From Pseudomonadota bacterium (GTDB lineage Bacteria; Pseudomonadota; Gammaproteobacteria; UBA1113), in the NCBI GenBank assembly GCA_021778015.1, contig JAJYCX010000007.1, positions 17,078 to 81,077 of the forward strand: a stretch of DNA of 64,000 bases. Direction: 5' to 3'. Within the stretch, counting starts at the first letter, position 1, and every line of letters begins with the position of its first letter. The translations under genes were made by a program, and so were the position numbers. Below, piece after piece: positions 28,250 to 38,269 of this stretch. Under the pieces are notes generated by a model. It worked only from the letters and a program-made list of their open reading frames with translations, was not told the DNA's origin and searched no databases.

Positions 28250-28999
28250 TTAAAATACCGCTTCTAGGCCTAATAATAATAACTTGGTGACAGGACTACT
28301 CCCACCGTCCTGTATTATATCGGCGGTAGCGCCATAAGAACGTACATATTGGTATTCTAATTGTAGCTGTATGCTGGGAAATAGTTGATAGGCTGGTCCT
28401 ATATTGTATTGCACACTGTTGAAGCCCTGCCCTATTTGTGCATAATCTAAAGTTTTCGTCGCCGCAATCATTTCTACGGAGGTAATAAGGGACAACTTAC
28501 CTATTAACTTTGTATCGCGCAAGAAGGTTCCATCTATCTCACCGCTGCCATCGTGCCAGTAAGCACGAATGTCTGTATCGATATCGAATGGCAAAGTTCC
28601 TTCTACGCCCCCGCCCGGCCGCCAATATGCCGCTGGTAAATAGCTATAATCGGCACCACCCTTAATAGCCCAATTGTCACTGAGCTTGTGCCAACCAAAA
28701 ATATCGAAGTAGGCAAAAGTCAATGTGCCGTTGGTAAATTGTGCTTGGTTGGTAAAAAGCTCTATTTTATTATCATCGGTACCAAACAAGACTCTTGCGG
28801 TGATGAGATCAATATCATCCGGAAAATCGTGGCCATATTGCCAATCATTGCTTAAAGATAAGCCTGATGATGACGGAGGAGCAACAACGGGTGCAGTAAT
28901 ATCGGGAGGATTCTTCGTATCCGCAGTAACATCCGCAAATGCGCTAGAAAGAATACAGTTTAGAACAATAAATAACCAAACTTTATGGGTAATACGCAT
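28250..28999 (-). CDS. Putative outer-membrane beta-barrel protein (MipA/OmpV-like?) co-oriented with the czc operon
   Basis: 249 aa, signal peptide, amphipathic beta-strand pattern, C-terminal aromatic (…GLEAVF). Confidence 0.4.
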   Translation of the reverse strand: MRITHKVWLFIVLNCILSSAFADVTADTKNPPDITAPVVAPPSSSGLSLSNDWQYGHDFPDDIDLITARVLFGTDDNKIELFTNQAQFTNGTLTFAYFDIFGWHKLSDNWAIKGGADYSYLPAAYWRPGGGVEGTLPFDIDTDIRAYWHDGSGEIDGTFLRDTKLIGKLSLITSVEMIAATKTLDYAQIGQGFNSVQYNIGPAYQLFPSIQLQLEYQYVRSYGATADIIQDGGSSPVTKLLLLGLEAVF

Positions 29000-29036
29000 T
29001 TATGCTTCCTTTCAGTGACTGGTATCCTTTTGTTTT

Positions 29037-29113
29037 TGGTGCGCCCGGAGAGATTCGAACTCCCGACCGCCTGGTTCGTAGCCAGGTACTCTATCCAACT
29101 GAGCTACGGGCGC
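29037..29113 (-). tRNA. tRNA-Arg (anticodon ACG)
   Basis: The reverse complement GCGCCCGTAGCTCAGTTGGATAGAGTACCTGGCTACGAACCAGG…CTCTCCGGGCGCACCA is near-identical to E. coli tRNA-Arg(ACG). Confidence 0.9.
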
Positions 29114-29118
29114 ACACC

Positions 29119-29252
29119 ATCCATACTCTTCGCATTTGCTTCTTAGGCTTTGTTGCCTTCGCCCATCTCGCATCAGTCATGTAGGGTACTACACTCCTGA
29201 TGCTCGAGGACTCGGCGCCTCGCCTAAAAACCAACTGCTATGAGCATATCAC
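29119..29252 (+). repeat. MITE-1 family copy C, filling the tRNA-Arg/tRNA-Ser spacer
   Basis: ccatactcttcgcatttgcttcttaggctttgttgccttcgcccatctcgcatcag…caactgctatgagcatatcac. Confidence 0.7.
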
Positions 29253-29260
29253 TCTAAACG

Positions 29261-29353
29261 TGGTGGAGAGAGAGGGATTCGAACCCTCGATGAGGCTATA
29301 AACCCCATACTCCCTTAGCAGGGGAGCGCCTTCGACCACTCGGCCATCTCTCC
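29261..29353 (-). tRNA. tRNA-Ser (anticodon GCU), long variable arm
   Basis: The reverse complement GGAGAGATGGCCGAGTGGTCGAAGGCGCTCCCCTGCTAAGGGAG…GGGTTCGAATCCCTCTCTCTCCACCA. Confidence 0.85.
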
Positions 29354-29418
29354 TCGTGAAGAGGGGGCCAGTATAACATTGTTATTTCATTAATAGAAAG
29401 GGATTTTATGGTGTTTGC

Positions 29419-29446
29419 AAAAAAAAATGCGCCGTACAGACGCATT
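29419..29446 (-). terminator. Rho-independent terminator of csrA
   Basis: On the minus strand: AATGCG-tctgtacgg-CGCATT followed by a 9-T run, 26 bp after the csrA stop. Confidence 0.7.
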
Positions 29447-29471
29447 ATTATTTAATCTAGAAAGATGGCTT

Positions 29472-29672
29472 TTAGTTGTCTAAATCTTCACCTTCATCAG
29501 GGCCTTGTTTTTCTTGTTGGATCCTTAAATAGATCTCTTCACGATGCACAGAAACATCTTTGGGGGCATTGACACCGATCCGCACTTGATTGCCTTTAAC
29601 GCCCAGTACGGTTACAGTGACGTCGTCACCAATGATGAGCGTCTCACCGACGCGTCTCGTTAAAATTAACAT
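29472..29672 (-). CDS. csrA: Carbon storage regulator CsrA. The ORF extends to 29759; the start is taken at MLILTRR.
   Basis: [48 protein letters not shown] is the canonical CsrA. Confidence 0.9.
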   Translation of the reverse strand: MLILTRRVGETLIIGDDVTVTVLGVKGNQVRIGVNAPKDVSVHREEIYLRIQQEKQGPDEGEDLDN

Positions 29673-29889
29673 TCCAGAAACCTCCTTATCCGTGCCTTGC
29701 GGCACATTATACTTTAGAACTCTAATATGTTTATGAAGTATGCCCCATAAACACCCCATTATTATACATGAAAATCCTTAAGATATTCTTAAGAATTTAA
29801 TAATAGCACAAAATTTAATTTTTGCTTTTAAAGCGGTTTTAATGACTTATTTATTAAAATCAATTGCTTATAAAATTTAAGAACTACGC

Positions 29890-31149
29890 CTACATCTTAG
29901 GATCAAATTCCTCATTTGCCTCTTTATCCAAGCCAAATGCGGCATGCAAAGCCCGTACACCCAATTCTAAATATTTTTCATCTACGATAACGGATATTTT
30001 GATTTCCGAAGTGGCAATAAGCTGAATATTGATACCCGCATCGCCTAGAACTTCGAACATTTTTTGAGCAACGCCGGAATGAGAACGCATTCCCACCCCC
30101 ACTAAAGAAATCTTGGCTATTTTAGCATCGCTACTGATGCCCTTCGCACCCAGCGTTTTCGCCACTTGTTCTAATATAACCACCGCTTTTTGATAATCCT
30201 CACGCCCAACTGTAAAAGATAAATCGGTTAAATCATTATTGATCTTGTTCTGTACTATCATATCTACATCGATATTGCCGGCTCCTATAGGACCCAATAT
30301 TTTAGCGGCAATACCCGCTTGATCAGGCACACCGATGATCGACAATTTTGCCTCACTGCGATTAAAAGCAATTCCAGACACCAATGGATGTTCCATAGCA
30401 ACTTCCTCATAAGTTATTAAAGTTCCAGGGCCATCGTGGAAACTAGACAATACGCGCAATGGCACTTTATATTTACCGATTAATTCAACTGAGCGTTTTT
30501 GTAATACCTTGGCACCCAAACTGGCCAACTCTAACATTTCTTCAAAGGTAATATGCGTTAGCTGCCTGGCTTCAGGAACGACACGCGGATCGGCAGTATA
30601 AACGCCATCTACATCGGTATAAATCTGGCATTCATCTGCGGCTAAACTTGCCGCCAAGGCCACTGCTGTTGTGTCTGAACCACCGCGCCCTAAGGTGGTA
30701 ATATTGCCGTAGCTATCCACCCCCTGAAAACCCGCCACAATGGGGATAATGCCTTCTTGTAAAGCTTGTTTTATGGGATGTGTCTCTATACGTTCGATGC
30801 GTGCCTTCATACATTTATTTTCAGTAAAAATTTGCGCTTGCGCACCGGTATAAGAACGGGCTGGAAAACCTTGTGCGCTTAAGCACATCGCTAATAATGC
30901 CATAGACACCATCTCACCAGTAGACACCACCACAGAATATTCACGCGGATCTGGATTATTGTCCACTAAAGATTCTATTAAGCCAACCAGACGATTCGTC
31001 TCGCCGCTCATAGCTGAAACGACTACGACTACATCGTGTCCATTTTGCCGCGTTTCTATGATTTTTTGTGCCACATGGTGAATACGATCTAAACTACCTA
31101 CCGAAGTCCCACCATATTTTTGTACTAACAAACTCATGTAACTACTCAC
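29890..31149 (-). CDS. lysC: Aspartate kinase
   Basis: 419 aa. KYGGTSVGS N-terminal kinase motif and C-terminal ACT domains. Confidence 0.85.
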   Translation of the reverse strand: MSSYMSLLVQKYGGTSVGSLDRIHHVAQKIIETRQNGHDVVVVVSAMSGETNRLVGLIESLVDNNPDPREYSVVVSTGEMVSMALLAMCLSAQGFPARSYTGAQAQIFTENKCMKARIERIETHPIKQALQEGIIPIVAGFQGVDSYGNITTLGRGGSDTTAVALAASLAADECQIYTDVDGVYTADPRVVPEARQLTHITFEEMLELASLGAKVLQKRSVELIGKYKVPLRVLSSFHDGPGTLITYEEVAMEHPLVSGIAFNRSEAKLSIIGVPDQAGIAAKILGPIGAGNIDVDMIVQNKINNDLTDLSFTVGREDYQKAVVILEQVAKTLGAKGISSDAKIAKISLVGVGMRSHSGVAQKMFEVLGDAGINIQLIATSEIKISVIVDEKYLELGVRALHAAFGLDKEANEEFDPKM

Positions 31150-31191
31150 CTATTTTGCGGTACCTGTAGATGGAGAGTATTACACCCTACC

Positions 31192-31947
31192 CTACACTGG
31201 ATTATCTATATCAATAAAATGATGTTTTAATTCGAAGCGTTGTGCCAAATGTTCGCCCAATGCCATTACCCCATAACGCTCCGTTGCATGATGCCCACAA
31301 GCGAAATAATGCACGCCTGTTTCGCGTGCGCTGTGTACAGTGCGTTCTGAGATTTCACCGCTTAAAAAAGCGTCTACACCTAAATCTGCAGCGATATCGA
31401 TACTGTCTTGTGCCGCCCCGGTGCACCAAGCCACCGTAGAAATCAACGGCGATTGACCCGCAATGTGCAACGGTTTTTGACCTAATTTATCCTGCAAAAG
31501 ATGTGTCAATGCCGCTGGGGTACACGGTGACTCTAAATGACCGTGGAAAACTAAACTGCCCGGTGCTACAGGCCCTAAACACGTTATATTTAAGAGCTGT
31601 GCTAAACGCACATTATTACCTAATTCTTCATGCGCATCTAAGGGCAAATGATAGGCCAATAAATTCATATCTTCTTTTAACAATAAGGCCAAACGCCGTT
31701 TCATCATACCCGTAATCACCGGAGTAGCACCGCGCCAAAAATAACCATGATGCACTAAAATCAAATCTGCTTTATGTTCTTTTGCGGCTTCCAATAAGGC
31801 CAAACTGGCGCTGACACCGGACACAATATTGCGAATCGTCTCGCGCCCTTCCACCTGCAAACCATTAGGACAATAATCGTTAAAAGGTCGCGTCAGTAAC
31901 AATTCATTGCAATAGTTCACTAAGATTTGCCGCGATACTCCTATCAT
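31192..31947 (-). CDS. Nif3-family dinuclear metal-centre protein (YqfO/GCH1-type 2)
   Basis: 251 aa, …NGLQVEGRE…ADLILVHHGYFW…. Confidence 0.75.
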   Translation of the reverse strand: MIGVSRQILVNYCNELLLTRPFNDYCPNGLQVEGRETIRNIVSGVSASLALLEAAKEHKADLILVHHGYFWRGATPVITGMMKRRLALLLKEDMNLLAYHLPLDAHEELGNNVRLAQLLNITCLGPVAPGSLVFHGHLESPCTPAALTHLLQDKLGQKPLHIAGQSPLISTVAWCTGAAQDSIDIAADLGVDAFLSGEISERTVHSARETGVHYFACGHHATERYGVMALGEHLAQRFELKHHFIDIDNPV

Positions 31948-33213
<1,266 letters not shown>

Positions 33214-33528
33214 TTAAATACTTTCCTGTGGTAAGTTTAAGATTTTATCCACCCGTGTCAAAGCAGCAATACGCGCTAATTGCGGGGGCACGGAACAAAA
33301 CTGCAACACAATTCCTTTTTTCTTAGCTTTCTTAAAACAATTTATGAGTAAAGCCATGCCTGCACTATTGATATGAGTCACTTGAGACATATCCAAGGAC
33401 AGTGCAGATTGTTTTGTGCGCAAAAAATGATCGAATTGCGTCGCCAAAGACGGCGCATTGTCATAATCCACAGCACCGACTAGACGCAATTGACCTTCAG
33501 CGGCCGAAATTAATTGTGCTTTGCTCAT
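33214..33528 (-). CDS. mlaB: STAS-domain protein MlaB
   Basis: 104 aa STAS fold located between mlaC and murA, as in E. coli. Confidence 0.65.
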   Translation of the reverse strand: MSKAQLISAAEGQLRLVGAVDYDNAPSLATQFDHFLRTKQSALSLDMSQVTHINSAGMALLINCFKKAKKKGIVLQFCSVPPQLARIAALTRVDKILNLPQESI

Positions 33529-34160
33529 TTCTTTAGCTTAGCATTATGCTGATTAAGAGCAGCCAATAACTGGTCCATACCGCCTTGGCTCAACTGACTG
33601 GCAAATTGCGAGCGAAAACTTTGGATAAGGCTAACACCATCTACGGTAATATCGTAGACTTTCCATCCCTCGCCCTGCTGTAGTAAACGATAGTTAACGG
33701 GGATTGGCGGACCGCCATTTTGTAAAATTTCACTTTTAATTTGCACCCGATCACCATTCATATCCCCTGGACGCAAAGGAAAAAATTTCACCGTTTCATC
33801 GGTATAAGCTGAAAATGCGCTGGCATAAGTGCGTATCATGAGGGTGGTAAAAGAATTGGTAAATTCTGCACGTTGTTGGTCAGTAGCATTATTCCAACCA
33901 TCGCGCCCTAAAGCTAATTTGGCCATTAATTCCACGTTGGCTTGCGGTAACAAAATATTTCGCGCTAGGCCTTCTACCATTGCCGGGTTGCTTTTAATGG
34001 CGGCTTTATTGCTTTTTAATGCCGAAATCATCTGATCCGCTGTTTGGCTTAATTGAGCCACTGGATCACTTGCAGCCAGAAGCACTCCCAAAAAGCACAG
34101 CCCTAAAAAAGCAGTAAAACCACACTGAATCCGTTTTGATACCGTCATTTCCCACCTCAT
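33525..34160 (-). CDS. mlaC: Phospholipid-binding periplasmic protein MlaC (Ttg2D)
   Basis: 211 aa with signal peptide, Tol-tolerance family. Confidence 0.7.
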   Translation of the reverse strand: MRWEMTVSKRIQCGFTAFLGLCFLGVLLAASDPVAQLSQTADQMISALKSNKAAIKSNPAMVEGLARNILLPQANVELMAKLALGRDGWNNATDQQRAEFTNSFTTLMIRTYASAFSAYTDETVKFFPLRPGDMNGDRVQIKSEILQNGGPPIPVNYRLLQQGEGWKVYDITVDGVSLIQSFRSQFASQLSQGGMDQLLAALNQHNAKLKK

Positions 34161-34303
34161 TGATTGAACCTATAAATATGCGTCATAGTATGGCATAATT
34201 AAACCATAAAGTCATTATAGCCTCTCTGTAGAATTTTCAGATGACAACAGCCCCAATATATTAAAGAAGAGCTGTTTTTATTCCTAAAAAGGGACGTTTT
34301 GGC

Positions 34304-34768
34304 TTGATTTTTAGGTATATTTTCCTCTATACTGTTCGTTTAAAGGTCAGTCACTCGAACGTCATATTTGGGAAGGCAGAAGATACAGATGAAAGCGTTG
34401 AAATTAAGCAGGGAGATATCCATATGTTTCAAGTAGACAGAGTAGCTGCTGTTGTACGCCCCACAGAAAAAATGATGAATTTCTTAAAAAAACAAGCTGG
34501 ATATCGTGAAACCAGCGGTGTGGGCCCGCAAAAAGATTGCACCATATTGCTGATCCCTCAATTCGAAGGTCCAGGTCAAGCCACGGCCTACATCAAAGGC
34601 ATGGCACAAGCTATTTTCGAAGGCGAACTCGCCTCCTGGGATATAGATCCTAGTCTATGGCCTAAAGATCGCAGTTACGCCACCTTTAGTCAGTGGTTTT
34701 CTGTGGAATACCATTCCTTAATTTACGATTTGGTTTTATTAGAAGCACATTTGGCAGAAATGGGCTAA
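34304..34768 (+). CDS. Hypothetical protein (start possibly at the internal Met near 34424)
   Basis: ORF only. Confidence 0.3.
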   Translation: MIFRYIFLYTVRLKVSHSNVIFGKAEDTDESVEIKQGDIHMFQVDRVAAVVRPTEKMMNFLKKQAGYRETSGVGPQKDCTILLIPQFEGPGQATAYIKGMAQAIFEGELASWDIDPSLWPKDRSYATFSQWFSVEYHSLIYDLVLLEAHLAEMG

Positions 34769-34851
34769 TATTTCAAAAAGACACCCCCTCTTCTCCGCTT
34801 GCATTGCACCGAATAACCCGAATAGAATGAGACCATCTTTTTTGACTATGG

Positions 34852-35985
34852 ATGGTTCTAACATTGAAAACTAAAATCTCCCTTTTTCTGTTAGGCTTAG
34901 GCCTAACGTGTGGTTCAATTTACGCTGCACATGGCGATGAAACACCCCTACCGGTATCCAACGATATTAACGTCACCGCACCAGAACAATCAGGCATATG
35001 GTCTTTTGGCGTAACGGCAGTCCTCATGCAACCCGCCAATACGGGCTACAATTACGCTGATAGAACCAATGCTACTGTTCAATTCGCCGGCGGAAACCCT
35101 GTAGCGGAGCCGAGTAATAGCACAAAACCCCTAGTGCTGGATGAAAGCTATTATTGGTGGTTTGGCGCCGATGTGAGCTATGCTTTTCCCGGCAATGGTA
35201 GAGATGTCACCTTAGCGTATGAAGGCTTACACGGCACTAGCACTGACAGTGCCAGTAATAATTATAATAATGACGTACCTCAGCTTAGTGAATACCATCT
35301 TTTACTGAGTGCAATGACTGTCTATCCAATAACCTCTATCCAAGCTGAAACAGACACGCAATACGATGCGGGCGATCTACTCTTTGGCCAAAAATTAGAT
35401 GTAGGCCAGCGCATTCATCTACATCCCTTCATAGGTCTGCGTTATGCACATATCGATGTAAACAATAGCTTTAAGGATACTCTAGAACCTTTCCCTATTA
35501 CCGATAATGGTTATAATGGTGGCAATGAGAGTGGTGAGATAGACTGCACATTTAATGGCATTGGCCCACGCTTAGGCAGCGATGCTAATGTCACTTTGGG
35601 CAATGGTTTCTCTGTACATGGGCGTTTGGGTTTATCTGCACTGATAGGAAGCCAAAAATACAATGAAAGTTATACGCAAACAATCTTAACCAATAACGCT
35701 TTTACTCCACCAACCGTGACCTATACCAAAAACCAGGATAGCGACGCAGAGACGCGGGTTATTCCTGAAATTGATGGTCGCTTAGGATTGAATTATAGCC
35801 ATAGCACTGATTCCAATATGACCTTAGGTCTAGAAGCTGGTTGGCAAGTGACCGATTATTTTCAAGCAATTGCTAATCCAAGCCTAGTAAATGGCAATGG
35901 CAATTCCTTTACACCAGCCCGCCAAGGAAATACGGATTTCGGCCTACAAGGTCCTTATGCGCGCTTACAGTTAGATCTTGCATAG
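34852..35985 (+). CDS. Legionella-MOMP-family outer-membrane porin, paralog 1
   Basis: Signal peptide. WSFGVTAVLMQP, FNGIGPRLGSD…GNGFSVHGRLGLSALIGS, VIPEIDGRLGLNY and FGLQGPYARLQLDLA align by eye with L. pneumophila MOMP (OmpS). Confidence 0.75.
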   Translation: MVLTLKTKISLFLLGLGLTCGSIYAAHGDETPLPVSNDINVTAPEQSGIWSFGVTAVLMQPANTGYNYADRTNATVQFAGGNPVAEPSNSTKPLVLDESYYWWFGADVSYAFPGNGRDVTLAYEGLHGTSTDSASNNYNNDVPQLSEYHLLLSAMTVYPITSIQAETDTQYDAGDLLFGQKLDVGQRIHLHPFIGLRYAHIDVNNSFKDTLEPFPITDNGYNGGNESGEIDCTFNGIGPRLGSDANVTLGNGFSVHGRLGLSALIGSQKYNESYTQTILTNNAFTPPTVTYTKNQDSDAETRVIPEIDGRLGLNYSHSTDSNMTLGLEAGWQVTDYFQAIANPSLVNGNGNSFTPARQGNTDFGLQGPYARLQLDLA

Positions 35986-36025
35986 CTAGAATGTAACAAT
36001 TTATGAATAGGGATGATTTTTAAAG

Positions 36026-37120
36026 ATGAAAAATAAAATTTATTTAGCGCTATTGTGCGTGGCCTGCAGCTCAGCTTACGCCGCCCATGGTAATGAAGCT
36101 CCCCTACCAGTATCCAATGATGTGAATGTCACCGCACCAGAGCAATCCGGTGCTTGGTCTTTTGGTGTGACGGCCGTGTTGATGCAACCCACTAATAGCG
36201 GCTATGAATACGCAATTACCGATCAATTTAATGCAAACGATCCTATAGATCCTTCGGTTTATGGGGATACGATTAAAACTTCCATTCTGAATGAAAATTA
36301 CTATTGGTGGTTTGGGGCCGACATAACGTACGCTTTTCCAGGCAATAGCCGCGATGTGACTTTAGCATATGAAGGACTACACGGCACTACTACCGACAAT
36401 GCCAGCAATAATTTTAACAATGATGTCGCTCAAAGTTCTATTTACTACTCTTTAGTAAACCCTATTACAAATAACGATGTAGCTTCTATTCAAGCCGAAA
36501 CAGATACGCGCTATGATGCAGGCGATCTGCTGTTTGGCCAAAAACTCACTATAGGACAACGTATCCAGCTACATCCTTTCATCGGTGTGCGCTATACACA
36601 TATTGATGTGCAAGACAGTTTTAAAGATACCATGGAGTCGTTTCCTAGTGAAGGTGCTGAAGGAGGAAATGAGAGTGGTAACTTAGGCAGTACCTTCAAC
36701 GGCATTGGCCCGCGCCTAGGCAGCGATGCGGGTATTATTTTAGGCAAAGGCTTTTCCATACGCGGTCGTTTAGGTTTGTCCGCTTTGATAGGTTCTGAGA
36801 AAAGCAATTATAACTATGTTTCTACCTATTTGTTTTCACCACCCAGCACTATCGTTCCCTTTACACAGACCGTAAATCGCGATATTTCATCAAAGACAAT
36901 GGTCGTTCCTGAACTCGATGGCCGTTTAGGATTAAATTATAAACATAGCTTAAATTCTACTATGGACTTGGGTGTTGAAGCGGGTTGGCAGGCAACCAAT
37001 TATTTTCAAGTGATCAATGATCCGATGCTCAGTTCTCCTGGCGGCACACCAGCCCACGATAAATATTCCGACTTTGGTCTGCAAGGGCCCTACGCACGCG
37101 TACAATTGGATATTGCATAA
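36026..37120 (+). CDS. Legionella-MOMP-family porin, paralog 2
   Basis: Same conserved blocks, divergent surface-loop segments. Confidence 0.75.
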   Translation: MKNKIYLALLCVACSSAYAAHGNEAPLPVSNDVNVTAPEQSGAWSFGVTAVLMQPTNSGYEYAITDQFNANDPIDPSVYGDTIKTSILNENYYWWFGADITYAFPGNSRDVTLAYEGLHGTTTDNASNNFNNDVAQSSIYYSLVNPITNNDVASIQAETDTRYDAGDLLFGQKLTIGQRIQLHPFIGVRYTHIDVQDSFKDTMESFPSEGAEGGNESGNLGSTFNGIGPRLGSDAGIILGKGFSIRGRLGLSALIGSEKSNYNYVSTYLFSPPSTIVPFTQTVNRDISSKTMVVPELDGRLGLNYKHSLNSTMDLGVEAGWQATNYFQVINDPMLSSPGGTPAHDKYSDFGLQGPYARVQLDIA

Positions 37121-37133
37121 ACAATAAATAAGG

Positions 37134-38261
37134 ATGATTTCTAAAATGAAGACGAAACTTTTTGTAACGCTTTTAAGCTTAGGTTTGGTTTGCGGCTCAG
37201 CTTATGCTGCTGCGGGTAACGAAGCGCCCCTACCTATGTCCAACGATGTTAATATGACGGCACCGGATCAATCCGGCAGTTGGTCTTTAGGCGTGACAGG
37301 CGTTTTGATGAAACCCACTAATAGTTCCACTAATTATGCTACCCAATTTGATTACACTGTGGATAGTCATGGCAATCATACTAATACTACCACTACGCCC
37401 GAAACGGTAACAGCTGGCTATTATAAATGGTTTGGTGCCGATATCACCTACGCTTTTCCGGGTCATGGCCGCGATGTAACCTTAGCTTATGAAGGTTTGC
37501 ATGGTAGTTCAGCGGATAGTACCACCAATAATTTTGATAATCAGATTCCGCCCCCTGCTACCTATCATTATTTAACAGGCAATATTACTAGCGCAGATCT
37601 TTCTTACATTAAAGCTACAATCGATACACAATACGATGCAGCAGATCTGGTTTTTGGTCAAAAACTCAATGTAGGACAGCGCGTTCAATTACACCCTTTT
37701 ATGGGTTTACGTTATGCACGCATCGATATAGAACAAAAATTTAATGAAACTTTTGAAGCATTCCCCAACGATGGCAATTTTGGTGGTAATGCGGATGGTA
37801 AAGCTGACTCTACCTTCAGCGGCATCGGACCTCGCTTCGGCAGTGATGCGGGTCTTATACTGGGTCAAGGATTTTCTCTACGCGGTCGTTTAGGCTTGTC
37901 CGCATTGGTAGGTTCTCAACAATACACTGTAGCCTACAATCAAAACGTTATTGATAGAGATGTATTTAACTTACCTCCGACGTCGCATGAGTCCACCAAG
38001 ACACTGGATGATGGCTCAGTCACTCGTATTATTCCAGAAATCGATGCCCGCTTGGGTTTAAATTATACCTATAATTTTGCCTCTAAAACGGCGCTGGGGT
38101 TTGAGGCAGGTTGGCAAGCAACAGATTATTTGCAAGCAGTCAGCAATAATTCAGTTTCCAATACATCTAAAGACGATTTTGGTGTCGAGCCGCCACATTA
38201 TGAATATTCTAACTTTGGATTACAGGGACCCTATGCACGTATACAACTGGATGTGGCATGA
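37134..38261 (+). CDS. Legionella-MOMP-family porin, paralog 3
   Basis: Same conserved blocks, the most divergent of the three. Confidence 0.75.
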   Translation: MISKMKTKLFVTLLSLGLVCGSAYAAAGNEAPLPMSNDVNMTAPDQSGSWSLGVTGVLMKPTNSSTNYATQFDYTVDSHGNHTNTTTTPETVTAGYYKWFGADITYAFPGHGRDVTLAYEGLHGSSADSTTNNFDNQIPPPATYHYLTGNITSADLSYIKATIDTQYDAADLVFGQKLNVGQRVQLHPFMGLRYARIDIEQKFNETFEAFPNDGNFGGNADGKADSTFSGIGPRFGSDAGLILGQGFSLRGRLGLSALVGSQQYTVAYNQNVIDRDVFNLPPTSHESTKTLDDGSVTRIIPEIDARLGLNYTYNFASKTALGFEAGWQATDYLQAVSNNSVSNTSKDDFGVEPPHYEYSNFGLQGPYARIQLDVA

Positions 38262-38269
38262 GAATAAAA

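Noticed and set aside
36592-36807. 71-aa Pro/Lys-rich ORF antisense to MOMP paralog 2
   Set aside because: It is antisense to a well-supported porin gene and is a repetitive low-complexity translation.
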